Positions 23,400-36,600 of a stretch of 61,326 bases of DNA are shown piece after piece. The DNA lies in assembly GCA_008632985.1 (NCBI GenBank), contig QPGO01000209.1, positions 62,001 through 123,326 on the forward strand. Reading direction: 5' to 3'. The stretch comes from Psammoneis japonica. Its lineage: Eukaryota. The stretch's first letter is position 1; each line of letters starts with the position of its first letter. The notes below the pieces were generated by a model that had not been told where the DNA came from, did not search any database, and saw only the letters and a program-made list of their open reading frames with translations. The translations under genes were made by a program, and so were the position numbers.

Positions 23400-25200
23400 A
23401 ATGCCCAATGCCTTTGAACAGAGGCAGGGCTTTGATGTTCAAGTGGAAAACTTTGTCACAGTCTTTGCCTTGTTTGAGTTTCCAAATGGGGAGCATTTTG
23501 TTGCTGCAAACTGGCTGCCCTGGTTGGTCTTGTGTTCTTCCTTGTGTTTGGCTCCTGACTTGTTGTCATCAGGGGCCATGGCCAGGAAGGCTGGAGTGAC
23601 TCTGGTGAAGTGCTTCAGTGTCATCTCTTGCTGGAGGTGGGAGGAGATGAGGGAGTCATTGACATTGCTGCAGACTGCTGTGTTTGTGAAATCTTGCAAC
23701 AAAAGTTGAGCTCATTGGTCAATGTCAAGGAGGACCTTGGCTGGGAAGGTCAAGTCCTTTTGGCCTGTTGGTCATTGCACGAGATGCAACGTGCTTCTTG
23801 ACATGGTGAATCCAGGTGAGAAGGCAAGCAAGCTTGCAGAGTTCTGGATTTGGAAGGAGAGAGCATTGGCTGCTGTGGGCAGCTCAAGCTTTTGATCTGT
23901 GATCTTCTTGATGTCTTTGTCTGACAAACCCCTTCATTCCTTGACTTGCAGGTGAAGGCACATTGCAGAGGCTGAGACTGTCTTGTCGCCATCACCACCT
24001 GGGGAGATTGGCAGGCATGCTTCAAAGAAGGTGCTGAAGTTGTTTGGGAGGTCTTCCCTGTCCCAAAGGAGTTCTCCAGCTGACATTGCTGCTGTGTTTC
24101 CTTGCTTGAGGACTGGCGGGCATCCAAATTTTTTCTTGAGAGTGTGTGCTTGTGCCCAACACCCAGCTGCTGTGGATGTTGGTTGCTTGAAGAGCAGGGA
24201 GGCAAGGTGGGATGGGCAAGCAGGTGCGGTGTCAACATCTGCAGATGATCCAGATGGAGGTGTTGGAAGTGGGCCACCAGCTTCTCTTGGAGTTGTTTGT
24301 GTCTTGTTCTCCAGGCATTTGTTCTGATCCACTTGTTTAGATTGCAAATGTGTTGTGAGTCAGGCAATGCTCCACATGACACTTTGCATCATTTCACACA
24401 GACGCAACTCCTGGAGGGTTTGTCACAGCATTGTTTGTTGCAATGGAGGACCTGCAGAGATCATCAAAGCATTGTGGGATCACTGTGTTGGTGACTGCAC
24501 TTTGGGTGAAAGTCAGGATCTTGTTGTGGGCAGTGGCCCAGAGAAATGTGGCCAGCCAACGGAGGTCCTTGGATGCGTTGGAGTGGCTCTTGTTGTTGTG
24601 TCGTGAGCTTGGTCACAATCATTGACAGCCAAGAGGGTGGCAATTAACAGGTTGACTGCAGACAAGTCATCTGCATCCATGAAATGGCCCACAATGAACG
24701 TGGCTTCCTTTGTTGGCTGCTGACTTGCTGACCAAGTTGGAGGAGAGATGTTGCCCACTTTGTCAGTTGATTCCAGGTTCTTGACATTGTTCCAGGTCAG
24801 TGCATTTAATTCTGTTGTCTTGAAGAAATCATCTGGGTCCACTTGTGCTGGGCATGCAGGTGAGCCCATTCCACTCCAGTCAATGTTGCTTGGAACATGT
24901 CTGCTGGTTGCAGTCTTGTGCCTCCAATGACAGCACAGCTGTGGAGCAAGACGGGGCTCTCTGTTGCTTGGCATGTGCCAAAGAAAACTGTGTCTCCTTT
25001 CAAATGCATTTGTTGGCTTGACTCTACACGGGTCTCATGCAGAGTCTCTTGCAACAATCCCAACATGCAGTCTGCATTGCCAGCCACTCAATGGCAGGCT
25101 CACAAAGAAGTTCTTCCAGCCATTTGCTGGCAACATGGGGAGAGCAAACTGTTGTCTTTAAAAAAGACAAAGACAACTTGCCAGAGCTTGCAATGCATGA
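23400..25200 (-). mobile_element. Decayed TE block, possibly non-LTR retrotransposon (APE endonuclease-like)
   Basis: Weak motifs only (LGLLQET, IRTNAW); TpA- and CpG-depleted. Confidence 0.3.
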
Positions 25201-25344
25201 CAATGATCGTTGACCTTGGCGCACAAAATTGAGTTCACTGAATGTCACACACGTGGTGGAAAGAATCAGTGCATTGCTCCCAATCATCTGTCCATCCATC
25301 CAAATTTTGCGTGCTGCACACATGAACCACTCTGACTCACGCTC

Positions 25345-26015
25345 AATCAATCAACATCCCTGCTTGTTTTTCTCAAGCTCTAATTTGCACAGAAGCCACA
25401 CGCTGGTTTCTGTGCATTTGCGTGCATTTCATGCCAGTTGCATTGCAGTGGGGTGTTGTTTGCCGGCCCAGATGAACTCTTCCTTTGACGTGAAACATTT
25501 TTCACAACAACCAGCACAGACTGCCGGCTCGGTGGACAAGTTTTGAGTGGTGCAAACACGCAGATCCTACGTTGAATTTACAGTGCTCAGATTTATTTGG
25601 TGCAAATCTATGCAGCATTTTGCGCAGGGTGCACACGGAGCATGAGCAGGGATGTTCCTGCTTGTGCACAGAAATGCGCAGCAAGGTCCTGAACATTTTT
25701 GATGGCACAGAACCTCACCATGGGCTTCTGCCATCTGCAAGAAAGCTGCGTAGATTTGCACCAAAACACATCTGAGCACTGTGCGTCTGCGGCAGGATCT
25801 GCATGAAAAGAACTCGAAACATGTCCGCCGAGCCGGCAGTCATGTGCCGGCTGTCATGAAAAGCATTTCATGTCTGAGAAAGAGTTCGCAGGGCCGGCAA
25901 ACAACACACCTCTATGATGCAAATGGTGCAAAATCTGCGCAAATGCACAGAAACCAGCCCATGGCTTCTGTGCAAATTAGAGCTTGTGAAAAACAAGCAG
26001 GGACATCTGAAATCA
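25345..26015. mobile_element. ~670-bp foldback element with ~290-bp imperfect arms
   Basis: Arm pairs 25355-25445/25915-26005, 25519-25570/25792-25851 and 25581-25616/25746-25781 share a centre near 25680. Confidence 0.8.
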
Positions 26016-26151
26016 ATCTCTCATGTCACAGGACCAACAAAATGGGTCTGCCTGCCGACCCCCCCCCCCCAAAATGAAAAAGTGCAGTGCAACCATGAAC
26101 TTTTTGCTGTTGTTGTTGATTCTTGTGCCAAGATTTCCAATTGGTTCTGTC

Positions 26152-26992
26152 ATGTCCATGTTGTCAAGCGCGCCCATGCTCCAAACATGTCTTGGCAATG
26201 GGAGCCAACAAGGGAATTGGTCGTGCCATTTGCAAGGCCATTTTGGAGCAAACACCCGGGTGTTCCAAGTCAAACTGCAAAGGAACTTTTACAAGAAATT
26301 CCAGAATGCTGTCAAGATTGTGTGACAATTATTTTCATTGATGCAACCAGTGATGAATCCGTAAAATCTGCAGCTGAAAAAATGAGTGGGAGCAAGCTGT
26401 TTGGAATTGTCAGTGACGCGGGAATTGGTTTTGGCCGTGGCGTTGAGGAAACAATCGACACCAATTGTTTTGGTCCACGTGGAGTAAATGGTGCCTTTTT
26501 CAAACATTTGGTGCACCCCGGTTTTCGCATCGTAAACGTGGCGAGTGCCTTGGGTCCAAACTTTTTGAGCCGCTGTGCGGACGAGGACCTGAAAAAGAAA
26601 AATTCACCACGCCCACCCAGGTTGTAAAGGGAGGCCATTTCCGAGCTTCATGAGTTGGCAAACTCGCATTTCTTGAAATCAGATCATGACAATGATGCCT
26701 GCGGAGTGAGCAAGGCGTTGCCAAATGCGTGTGTGCGGCCATGCACGCAAAGGCCGAGCCGGAACTTGTCATCAATTCGTGCTCTCCGGGGTGCATGCTC
26801 ACAGATTTAACAGCGGGCATGGGTGCTGCGAATCCACCCTCCAAAGGTGCGGTTTGTTCAGTGTCGCTTTTGTGTTTAGAAGACCATTTGGGAAACCCAA
26901 CAGATCACTTGTGTGGCAGTGACTGTGTCCGTAGTCCGTTGCACTTTGGCCGAGGTCCCGGAGATGAGCCTCATGAAGGACCGGATGCCCAG
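26152..26992 (+). pseudogene. Short-chain dehydrogenase/reductase (carbonyl-reductase-like) pseudogene, copy 1
   Basis: VLAMGANKGIGRAICK (TGxxxGIG), GIVSDAGIG (NNAG), TNCFGP, RIVNVAS, CGVSK (YxxxK), NSCSPG..TDLT; frameshifts; start approximate. Confidence 0.85.
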
Positions 26993-27807
26993 AGCAAGAG
27001 CCAGCTGCATGGAAGCGACACATTTGCTTTAGAATGTTTTGTGCCAATGCCAGAACGTCGACTCCAAAAGATGGCCCTCTTCATCATCCCGACGAGTTCA
27101 GAAGAAGTGTGGGTAATGGGGCTTTCGCGACACCTGCACCATGCTGCGTGCACGTGCAACTGCGTTGCGTGCTCGCTGCAACGCTGAACAATGTTCTCTT
27201 TTTTTTCAAAAGAACGCCATGTCTTTTCGTGGGGTATGACTCTTAGCGAGTTACATAAAGTCCAATTGTCTCAATAGCTCAACATCAGAATACGACGTGT
27301 GCGGTTATCACTTTCTAAGGAATTCTTAAACTAGTAGCAAGAGGAACTACATTGCAGGTCAAAAGCCGAATTGCAAGCTCAAAAGGATCATTCTACGAGC
27401 GAGCGAAAACACTTGAATTGATCAGATGCATGGACGACCGCTGAACCACACTACTTGGTGAATAGCTCACGAGGTTTGTCTAATAAATTATTCTGAAACT
27501 GAGGATCAAGCTAGCTTGCACCTCGCCATGACGGTATAGAGTGTCATCATCCTCGGTTCACCGCGTATGGGTGTGCAAAAACACCCCGATTACGTCCAAA
27601 TGATGCATACAAATCGAGTAAAATGTGTATCCACATGCAACGTCATCAACCTCACTGCCCTTCCGACGTACCGGTATATCCAATCATGTATCTGTCCGAC
27701 ACTGGCTATCGAATTGAAACTTGTTCTTGATAGATGCCATTCCAGATCAGGACGAATAATATATGCAGAATCCTAGTTCCTTCCTCTAGTCGTACATCGT
27801 ACCACGG

Positions 27808-29825
27808 TTATGTATTGCAACGGCCACCAGAGGTTCGAACGTTCACAGATGCCGTGCATGTTGCGGATACACCCTTTCTATCCGTTCCCCTGAGCGTCAC
27901 TCTTGTGTATCCAATGCCGTAGGGAGGCGGAGGGTTTTGGACAAGAGTCAAATTACCACCTCTGGGGTCATGAGAACCATCATCAACCGTCGCCCAATAG
28001 TTGCACAGTGGGTAGAAACGGGCTTTTCTATTCACGTCCTTGCAGTACATGACTGGAGTTACTTGACAGTGGCCATATCGAGGTGGATCGACCGTCACAG
28101 TCCTTGTGCAAGAGTTTGTTTTACCATCTCTAAATTGATCGGCGGCCCATAGAGTCACCTTGGTGACACCCACTGGGTAAGGCGGAAGCGGCCATAGCGT
28201 CAAGCGTGCTGCCGCACCGTTGCGGGATCTGGACCCATTATCAATCGTGGTCCAAGCATGGCACCGATTGTTAGAAGCTCGCAAATGTCGGTCCGAGCAG
28301 CGCATTATTGGTCCATGTGGATCATGGCAGCCAGACGCAGTAACCTTGAGAGCCTTTTCGGTAACAGCTCCCTTGCTGTCCCTGACAAAAAAGTTCAATG
28401 TCCAGTCTGCATTCACGGTGGGAGTTATTTGGAGACGAACAGTAGCAGCATTCCCATTCTGTACTGTAACAGTCATTATATCAGTAGGAGCATCATAAAC
28501 CTCAACCGTGGTCCACTGACCAACCTCAGGACTGAGAAAGCTAAACTCTGTATCAATCGAGGCACATCCCTTGAGGTCAATCCTATCATCTGATGGAAAG
28601 TTGACGGGAATGGGAGGGATATTCTCTTCCGCTGCAGCATCGAAACAGAAGCCTTTGCCATTCAGATAGTTTATGTCTAAAGCTTCAGTGACATTATATT
28701 GTCCGTCCTGGTTGAATCGGCCAAGCTGAAAGGATGAATTACCATCTCCCTTGTTCACTCCCACCGTACTAGCACGATATCCTGTTTTCGGAATATCTAC
28801 TGTCGACCACTCCATGTCTGCATAACAAAAGCAGCTTTGTGGAAAAAGAAAACGAAAGCTTTTTATGTAGCCAAAAACCGCAGGCAACGAAAACAGCTGA
28901 AGGACGCACAAATTTCGAAGACTCACATGTTGTTGCCCAAACCCATGGCAGGGTTTGAACCGTCCGAGATCAGCACCTGAAAAGAATTTAAGCGATCGCC
29001 CATAGCTTCGTGGTTGTCGTGGTATCCAACTTCTTCCCACGTTACTGCTAATGTGTTGTCTGACGTCTCCTTCATCCACACGTGACCAAGATAAAAGCGC
29101 ACAAAGAACCAGTATCCTGTGTCCACATTGTCCCAGAATGGAGCAATCATGGGTGTGCCGCGCCTTGGAAAGCCTGGGATGCGGCTAAAAGAGAAACTGT
29201 AATTACTGTCAAATGACAGATAGCCATTGTTATAGATGTAGACTCGTTTTGTGTCCCTGCCATAAAATGTAAAGGGAAACTGGAGCGTGTGGACAGCGGC
29301 ATCATTGTCATTGTGGTGACAGTCTATAGGCCGCGCCGGACTGCCGCCTGTGGGACCCTTACAAAAATCGACAAGCTTCCATCCGTCGCTGTTGTAGTCA
29401 TCGTGAGGATCATAATCTCGCCGAAGATTGACGCAAGGGTCACCGTAAGGGAATTCGACCGGGCGAGAAGGCCTCGTGAGCTTTCGTTCAGTGGGCTTCT
29501 CATCTTTTGCAGACGACTTCTCATACAGCAGATCAAGACCGTGATCAGTTATGTCGAGCTAGCTACAAGACAATTCTTGCCCAATTGGACTTACCGTGAA
29601 GCGCAGGTGGACGTGATCCTTGTCCTTGACTGTGCCTAAAGATCGTACGGCAGTAATTTGACATTAGCAAGATAATTGATAAAGGGCTTTGCATGATCAG
29701 AAGGCAGCCACAAAATGAATCAGATCGTCTCTCTGTCTCGCACACGCAGAGCAAAATGTCGTCAGCTTACCTTGTGCCCACACAACCGTGGCAAGATAGG
29801 CCAAAACGGAGGCTTTGAAACGCAT
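27808..29825 (-). CDS. NIDO/HYR-like secreted protein, paralog B; complement(join(27808..28834,28927..29558,29595..29635,29771..29825)), 584 aa
   Basis: Same exon structure as paralog A; open frame across all junctions. Confidence 0.88.
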
Positions 29826-30016
29826 TATTTTTGAAATCGGCAGTTGCTCTTCTTGTTGTCAATGTTTTTTGTGGCTCTATCGTCAAGCAGCAATGTTTTG
29901 TTTCCTCTTGCGTTTTCCCGACATACTTATGCTTTGTTTTCTGTTGCGGCGCCGCGTGAAATTCCTCCTATCGTGTCACAATCACGCCCAACAGAATTGC
30001 GAACTCCAATGATTTA

Positions 30017-30797
30017 GACCCGTCGTACTCGTGGAAATTGGGGTGTAATTCGGGGTGTAATTTGGGGGTGTAAAAACGCGCATCGCGCGAATTTACACCC
30101 CAAAATTACACCCATTTTTCGACGAGTACGAGAGTGTGAAACTTGGCATCTGTAATTCTGCGAGCAATGATATATACGTTGAATATATACTCCTGAAAAA
30201 ATGTTGATACCCAATCAGGAATAATACCATATATCCATTTTTAATCAACTTATCTGTACGCGAGGTTGAACATGCTATTGACTGCATCAAACCACCATGG
30301 CGTTCGGCGGCTCCGCTGCGACCTTACACATATCAAAACACTGTTCTGACAAGCCTAATCAATGTATAATAACGTGATTAATATTATGTGTTACTGCTGT
30401 ATCCATATCTAAGGTATCAGCAACCATATGACGTGTTTTTCTTCTGAAAAGGTATGGAGTTGCCATCATTTTGTTCTCCGTTGACTTCAATCTCATCGTT
30501 TTTCGCCGTTCTTTCTCTCATAAACACATCATAATAGCTCCCCAGCAACGATTTTTCACATCTCTTATTGACTGACGTTCGTTGTTGATTGTTGGTTGCC
30601 ATTGTTGTTCGACAATTCTGATGTTGTCTGCCGTCATGGACGATGATGAGTCTGTTTTCGTACGAAAAATTACAGGCTCGCAGAATTTTTTACAGGGAAA
30701 AAATACATGCCTCTGGCGGCCTATTTGTTGGCTGTAATTTTTTACACCCCAAAATTACACCCCGAATTACACCCCTCCGCCACGAGTACGACGGGTC
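30017..30797. mobile_element. 781-bp PIF/Harbinger-like MITE, TTA TSD, unmutated
   Basis: TIR gacccgtcgtactcgtgg plus subterminal ggggtgtaa x3; tta at 30014-30016 and 30798-30800; the paralogous site near 53985 is empty. Confidence 0.9.
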
Positions 30798-30883
30798 TTA
30801 GGGTGACGACTGCTGTACTCTCTAGCTAGGGCCCTAGACTGTGACTTGACACTTCCACTTTGTTTGGAGATTTCCTCTTTCAA

Positions 30884-31417
30884 GGCATGCGCACAACGAG
30901 CGCACAGCAGCGCAATGTCGGACAGACGACAGTCGTGCATTTGTTGTTGCGATTTGAGCGACAAATTGCCGTCGACTCCGACGATGACATTTTTCTCAAG
31001 CTCTGACAGGACGACTTTGCAATGGGCACTTGTCATGATGATCGACTGCACTGTTCAAAACACGAACGTGTGGACAAAGCTTCGCTCGCGAAGCCTCGGC
31101 AGTTCAACAATGAACGCACAACAGCGACAGGTCGGAAAACAGAGCTCGGCATTGGTGTGATGTTTTGCTTTTGAATGGAGGATGCTCTGGGGGACTTTCA
31201 TGACTGAGTGCATTCTCAAACTTGACAAACTGAGTGTCTGCAATGACAAAAGACTTTTGCACATCGCTGTCATTGCGCTGTCGCCATGACAACGCACCAC
31301 TGTTGTGTCACCGATTTTTGGCAATGATGCACTCACCAGCATGCACAAAGTTTCCAGTGCAAAAACGTTCAGAAAGTCCAATCATCTTGCCATCCATCAG
31401 CTTGTTGTGTGATTGCC
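30884..31417. mobile_element. 534-bp TTAA-target element, inverted homologue of 2975-3508
   Basis: Termini ggcatgcgcacaacga ... ttgttgtgtgattgcc; flanks tcaa (30880-30883) and ttga (31418-31421). Confidence 0.85.
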
Positions 31418-33477
31418 TTGAGGGCGGGTTGTTGTTTTGTGGTCGATTTTGTTTGGAGCTCGCATTTTTCCACAAAAACCCGGATTCCTCACACTGTGAA
31501 CCCTTTCAGTTTTCAGAAAAAGGCCAAACCACTTTGCCGCATTGCAAGTCAAAATCATGTGGTGAAAGCACAGTGAAAAGTTTGAGGGGTGGAGAACGTC
31601 CACATGAGCAATGCAAATGGTTTGACGTCACACCACTGTTGCTCTTGACACATGCAAACTTTGTGTGACTCGAAACTTTTGCTGGTGGAGATGTCAAATC
31701 AAAAATTTTGGACAACCCTTGTCTTGCCATTGCAAAGTTCAGTGAATTGCTTGCCAAAGCCATGCAGGTTGCCAGCAATTGTCAGCTGGAGATCATTGCG
31801 AATTGTCAAGCATGTCTGTTCAATGAGTTTGTGCAGTCAAGATGCGCCCCAGTGTAAAACAGGGCAGGAAATGGGTTGTCTCTTTCCTTTGTGCTTTTGC
31901 TGTGGTTTCCATTTTTTTAACACGGTGAAGTGCATGTGTGATTTTGCACCAAGCGCTGCAGCACGCTGTGGTTTGCTGACTGAAAGGGTTTGTTTGCGTG
32001 CTTGCCAAAAAAACTTTTCAGCAACAGGCCAAACTTTGTCTGATTGCAAGACAACATGGAGTGCACATGTGATGGTTGCAGACATGTGCAATCTGCAGCT
32101 TGATGACAGTGGATGTGGAAAGTCATGACTTGTCTGCTTCAAGGAGTCCAGTGTTGGGCAAAAATGGCGCTTTGTTGAACACAACAACCACACCAAAGTC
32201 AACAATTGGCATTTGAAGGTCAGTGGGTGTAGTTCACACAAAGATCCAACACAGCCCTGATGGGGTCTGGACACACTGTGTGTTTGGGGGTGCTCAGAGG
32301 CATCACAATGTGGCGCGTGGGTGAAGTGCGGGAAAATTTGAAAATCACAAGCCATTGAAAAAAAAACAAGTGTTTCATGTCAAAAGGAGAGTTTGCAATG
32401 TCTGAGATCATGTGGGGATGTTTCCTGGACTTCTGTGAGGTCATTCTTCAGTGCTGTCCCCCCCCCCAAGTGCAATTGGAAAAATCTGTGACCAGGCTCA
32501 GCCAAAACCTCTTGGATGACAAACTCCTCATGATCTTTGCCAAAGCTGTCACCAAAGCTGTGCACCCAAGCTGCTGGCACAGCTGTGCAAAACTTCTAAG
32601 CTGCTCCTCCAGCCCTGGCAAAATTTCCAGCTTTGCTGATGCCATGAGCAGCCAGAGAGCTTGAGCTGGGGCAGCACCAGCATCTTGAAAGCCCCCCACC
32701 CTGTGCAGCAGCACAACACTGCAAACAAAGGCCCAGCAAACAAAAGAGTTGCTGAATGTGCAAAAAACTTGCTCAGCATTGATGTGTTGAGAGGTGCACT
32801 TTGCCAGCTCAAACTGCAGAACCCAACAACACACATGCAGCAAGCTCTTGTTTTTGTGTTTTTCTGATCAGGGCCATTTGGCAATGACCATCACTGTGGC
32901 CCAAACATCAGGTGGCACAGAGCAACCCTGCTGACAATTTCTAGAATCCTGTTGACTGCTGCAACAACACTTTCCTGTCATGTTTTGTCAATTTCTCAGC
33001 AGCTGCAGCATGATTTGTTCACTTCATCAGAGCCACCAATGCTTCTCTTTGTTCTGTGGAGCCTTGAACAGGCAATGGTTCAGTGGCCATTTTCATCAAT
33101 TTTTGTGGCAAGTGTTGTGGATCCATGGTTGCTCACACAACTGTGACATTCACTGTGATCCAATGCAGCTGTGAGTGCAAACATGCTCATGCATTGGACC
33201 CGAGCAGTGCAACAGAAATTTGGTCATTGGAAATGTCTTGTGTGCATGTTCTGCACATGTGTGCCAAGATGTGTGGGGCATGCACAGGTGATGATTTTTA
33301 ATCCTGGTTGCTGTTTGCCATTGTGCATCTCCATTGTTGGCACTCTCACATTGAGCAATTCATGACCACAAAATCACTCATTTTCTCTCACTTTCTTTCT
33401 CACAGCACCACACTTGTGACACCATTGCGTCGCAACTGAAAAACATTCATTTTCACATTGCACGTGGCATTTTTGCC

Positions 33478-33660
33478 AAAAGCGAATAAACACTGATGCA
33501 GCCGCATGGGGTGATGACAGTGCCTTGAGCCTAAGAGCAGCAGTGACAAACCAAAGAGAATCCTGCTCCGATTGGATCGTGTGAGATTGTGGGAAAGAAC
33601 AAACCACCAGATCGTGTGCGTCAGCCCCGGACCAGGGACTGACCACTCCACCCAGATTCA
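33478..33660 (-). repeat. Copia 3' LTR
   Basis: Ungapped match to 39924-40106; starts TGAATCTGGG on the minus strand. Confidence 0.9.
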
Positions 33661-36600
33661 CTCGGTCCCCGCGAAACGGCAGTGACAACGCCGATTCGTC
33701 TAAACCCAGAACATCCTCTCATAGAGAGGCAAACACAAAACCCAAATTCAGACCACCAGCAATGCTGGCTTGGGAGGCCGAAACACGTGGGCGCGAGCCG
33801 CAGGTGTCTGGCCTTGGTGTCAGGACGCTGCCAAAAGACACAAGAGCAAAGTTTCCAACGCCGCTCTCCCGTCGTCACCTTCGTAAAAAAATCCGCCAAA
33901 TTCGTGTCCGTGTCCTCCTTCCCGACGCGAATGATGCCAGCCGCAACCGCTTCACGAACCACATGACAGTTGATGGCATTGTGCTTCTTGTGCAACACAG
34001 ATTCCAGAACACTGACATTCTTCACCACGCCGCGGTTGTCGCAAAACACATTGGCAGGGCCTTCAATCGGTGCTCCAAACATGCGAAGCTTGTAACGCAA
34101 AGCAACAATCAACTCCTTGCAAATGCGCATCGCAACCAATTCGCTGCCAAACGTCGCCGACTCCACTGTGTTCTGCCGCTTGCTAGACCAAGTGATCGGA
34201 GCATTGTTCACGAATGTCAAAATCCCGCCATGCGATCTGCGAGCAACAACGTTTCCCGCATGGTTAGCGTCAACAAATGCAGACACATTTACCGGGTTGC
34301 CACGGGGCTTGGGCATCCGTGGCGGCAACTCCTCCTCAACGTCCCCGTAAAACTCCGTCCAGTCCGCAGTGGAATTGAAAACAGATTCGTCAATCACAGG
34401 CATCTTCGGGTCAAAACCAATGCGACCGACATTCAAATGCTTCTTCACACACGCGAACACATGGTGCAATGCTTCGAGGTGCCCTTTCCTTGGGTTGGCT
34501 TGATGCTGAGAGAGAATGGAAACTTCATGCAAGACATCAACATGGCCCAACTCGATCGCCCAACGACAAATGCCAATCAACTGCAAATGCCTGTCTGCCA
34601 AATCAGGTCCCAACTCGTCCGTTACGTCTAATTCCGGCTTGCACTTGGAAGGCAGTGGGTCCCTCACATTGTTCTTCAAGACTGCTCCGTCACCGTCCTC
34701 TTCCAATGGCCCTTCCACCGTCTTGATCGCCGACTTGATGTGCGACTTCGGTGAGCTTGCCCAAATGGTGCGCCCATCCTCGGTCTGAACCTTCTCAACG
34801 TCGGCTCCAAGGCATGACGATGGCTCTCCTTCACTCCCAGGTTTGACAGTGGATGATTCACCCATGCTCTCGACAACAGATTTTCCTTGATGAGAAATGA
34901 TTAGAATGTCGTCAACATAAACCAAAAGCATTTCACAATGCTCATGCCCATCGTCGCGAGTCGCCGCACGAACACAAACGTCGGGATCCGCCTTTGTTGA
35001 TTCAAAACCCATGTTCCGTAAAACCGATGCCAATGCGGACCTCCAAGAGCATCCAGAGCTCTTCAAACCGTGCAGCGCTCGAGCCACAATTAGAACCTTG
35101 CCTTGGTGCTCTCCACATTCCCTGCCACCTTTGAACCAGATCTTCTCTGCACACGGGGCATTCAAATGCGCGTTCTCCAGGTCGACAGCCGTGATGTCCA
35201 CTCCATTCAATGCTGCCAGCAGGAATCCTAACCGCACGCTGTCCCTCGAAACAACACTTGAGCATGTGATCGATGACGGTGTTTCCGCAGCATGACCTCC
35301 TGCAACAAATCTGGCCTTCCCAGTGAAATCCATCTTGACGTCGAACACCAAATGACACCTGATCTCCTGACAACCACGCAAAGTTGCACTCTTGCCTTCC
35401 CGGACGACTTGAGGGGTTTCAGCTTCATGTTCGCGCCACGCTGCCTTGACCTTGTTCATCTCCTTGTCAATTGCGCGAGCCCAATGGTCCGTCCCCGTTT
35501 CCTGGTCAATCTTCAAAGCATCTTCTGTAGACTTGGGCAAACGCGTGCCGAACTTGTGGGCAGTGCGCCAATGTTTCTTCTTAACCTTTGAGATGATGCG
35601 ATTCCGCTCACGTAAAACATGCGTGACCCACCAAGCAAACACCGGTTCTTCAGCCAACCTGTTCGCAACAGCATGCTCAGCAACTTCAATTGGGTTAGAC
35701 TCCTTCAGATCCTTGAGTTTCACCCACGACGAGCTGCCGTCCTTCCATGCGACCAACAGGTTCCATCCTTTCGCAGTTGTCTTCTTATGTTCCTTCCCGT
35801 CAGCTGTCTGAACTGTTCCTTCCTGGATCGGCACAGCTTCGCCGGTCTTTTCGTGATCCTGCATCTCCTGCAAAATAGAACACTGGTTGCCTTTGCTGTC
35901 AACTTGAGCAAACATGTTCTCCGCGATCACATTGGCAGCATGCTTGTCTCTGGTGCCGTCTGTGTGTTCAATCTCGTGTTCGCGGGTGTCAAACAATGGA
36001 CTCTGATGCCGGGTTCCAATCGGTCGCCCATCCTGACCTCGTGCCCGCTTGACTGCGACTCCTCGCCGTTCAGCGTTAGTCCCAACATCAAACATAAGTT
36101 CCATTCCAAGACATTGATCAATTGCCTGTTCGTTGTCGTCCTCGGGTCGTTTTCCTGGCAATGACATGTCCCCGCATTCCTCATCGGTTGGTGTCACACC
36201 GCCTTCACATTCCACACTGGGGTTGCCGTCGATCGCCAAATCATCCAGTGCAAATGCTGGCACCGCTTCGTCGCCTTGTAAAACGAAATTGGTGTCATCT
36301 AACCGTGCCTCCAGTTGTTCGTTAAACTTGTCGACTTTCACACGAATGTCCGGCTGCACCATGTCGGCCTGCGTTACATGCTCGACCGAAGTCTTCGAAA
36401 CTGTCTTCCCGGATTCCGTGATGATCCAATGACACATGTCCGATCCGACCTTGTGAGATGTGCCAAGCCATCGTCCAAGCCTCCTCGGGTCATCTGTTGC
36501 ATTCGGCTTGTCGTGTCTGTCCCACCACCAGACCAGATCACAGAAACCGAAGTCCAAACATTCGCCCATTTCGGGTGTCTGACCAGTTACCTCTTCACAC

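Noticed and set aside
28835..29079. N-terminal part of the 423-aa ORF 27808..29079
   Set aside because: It reads through intron 3 into an off-frame part of exon 3; the spliced model matches paralogs A and C.
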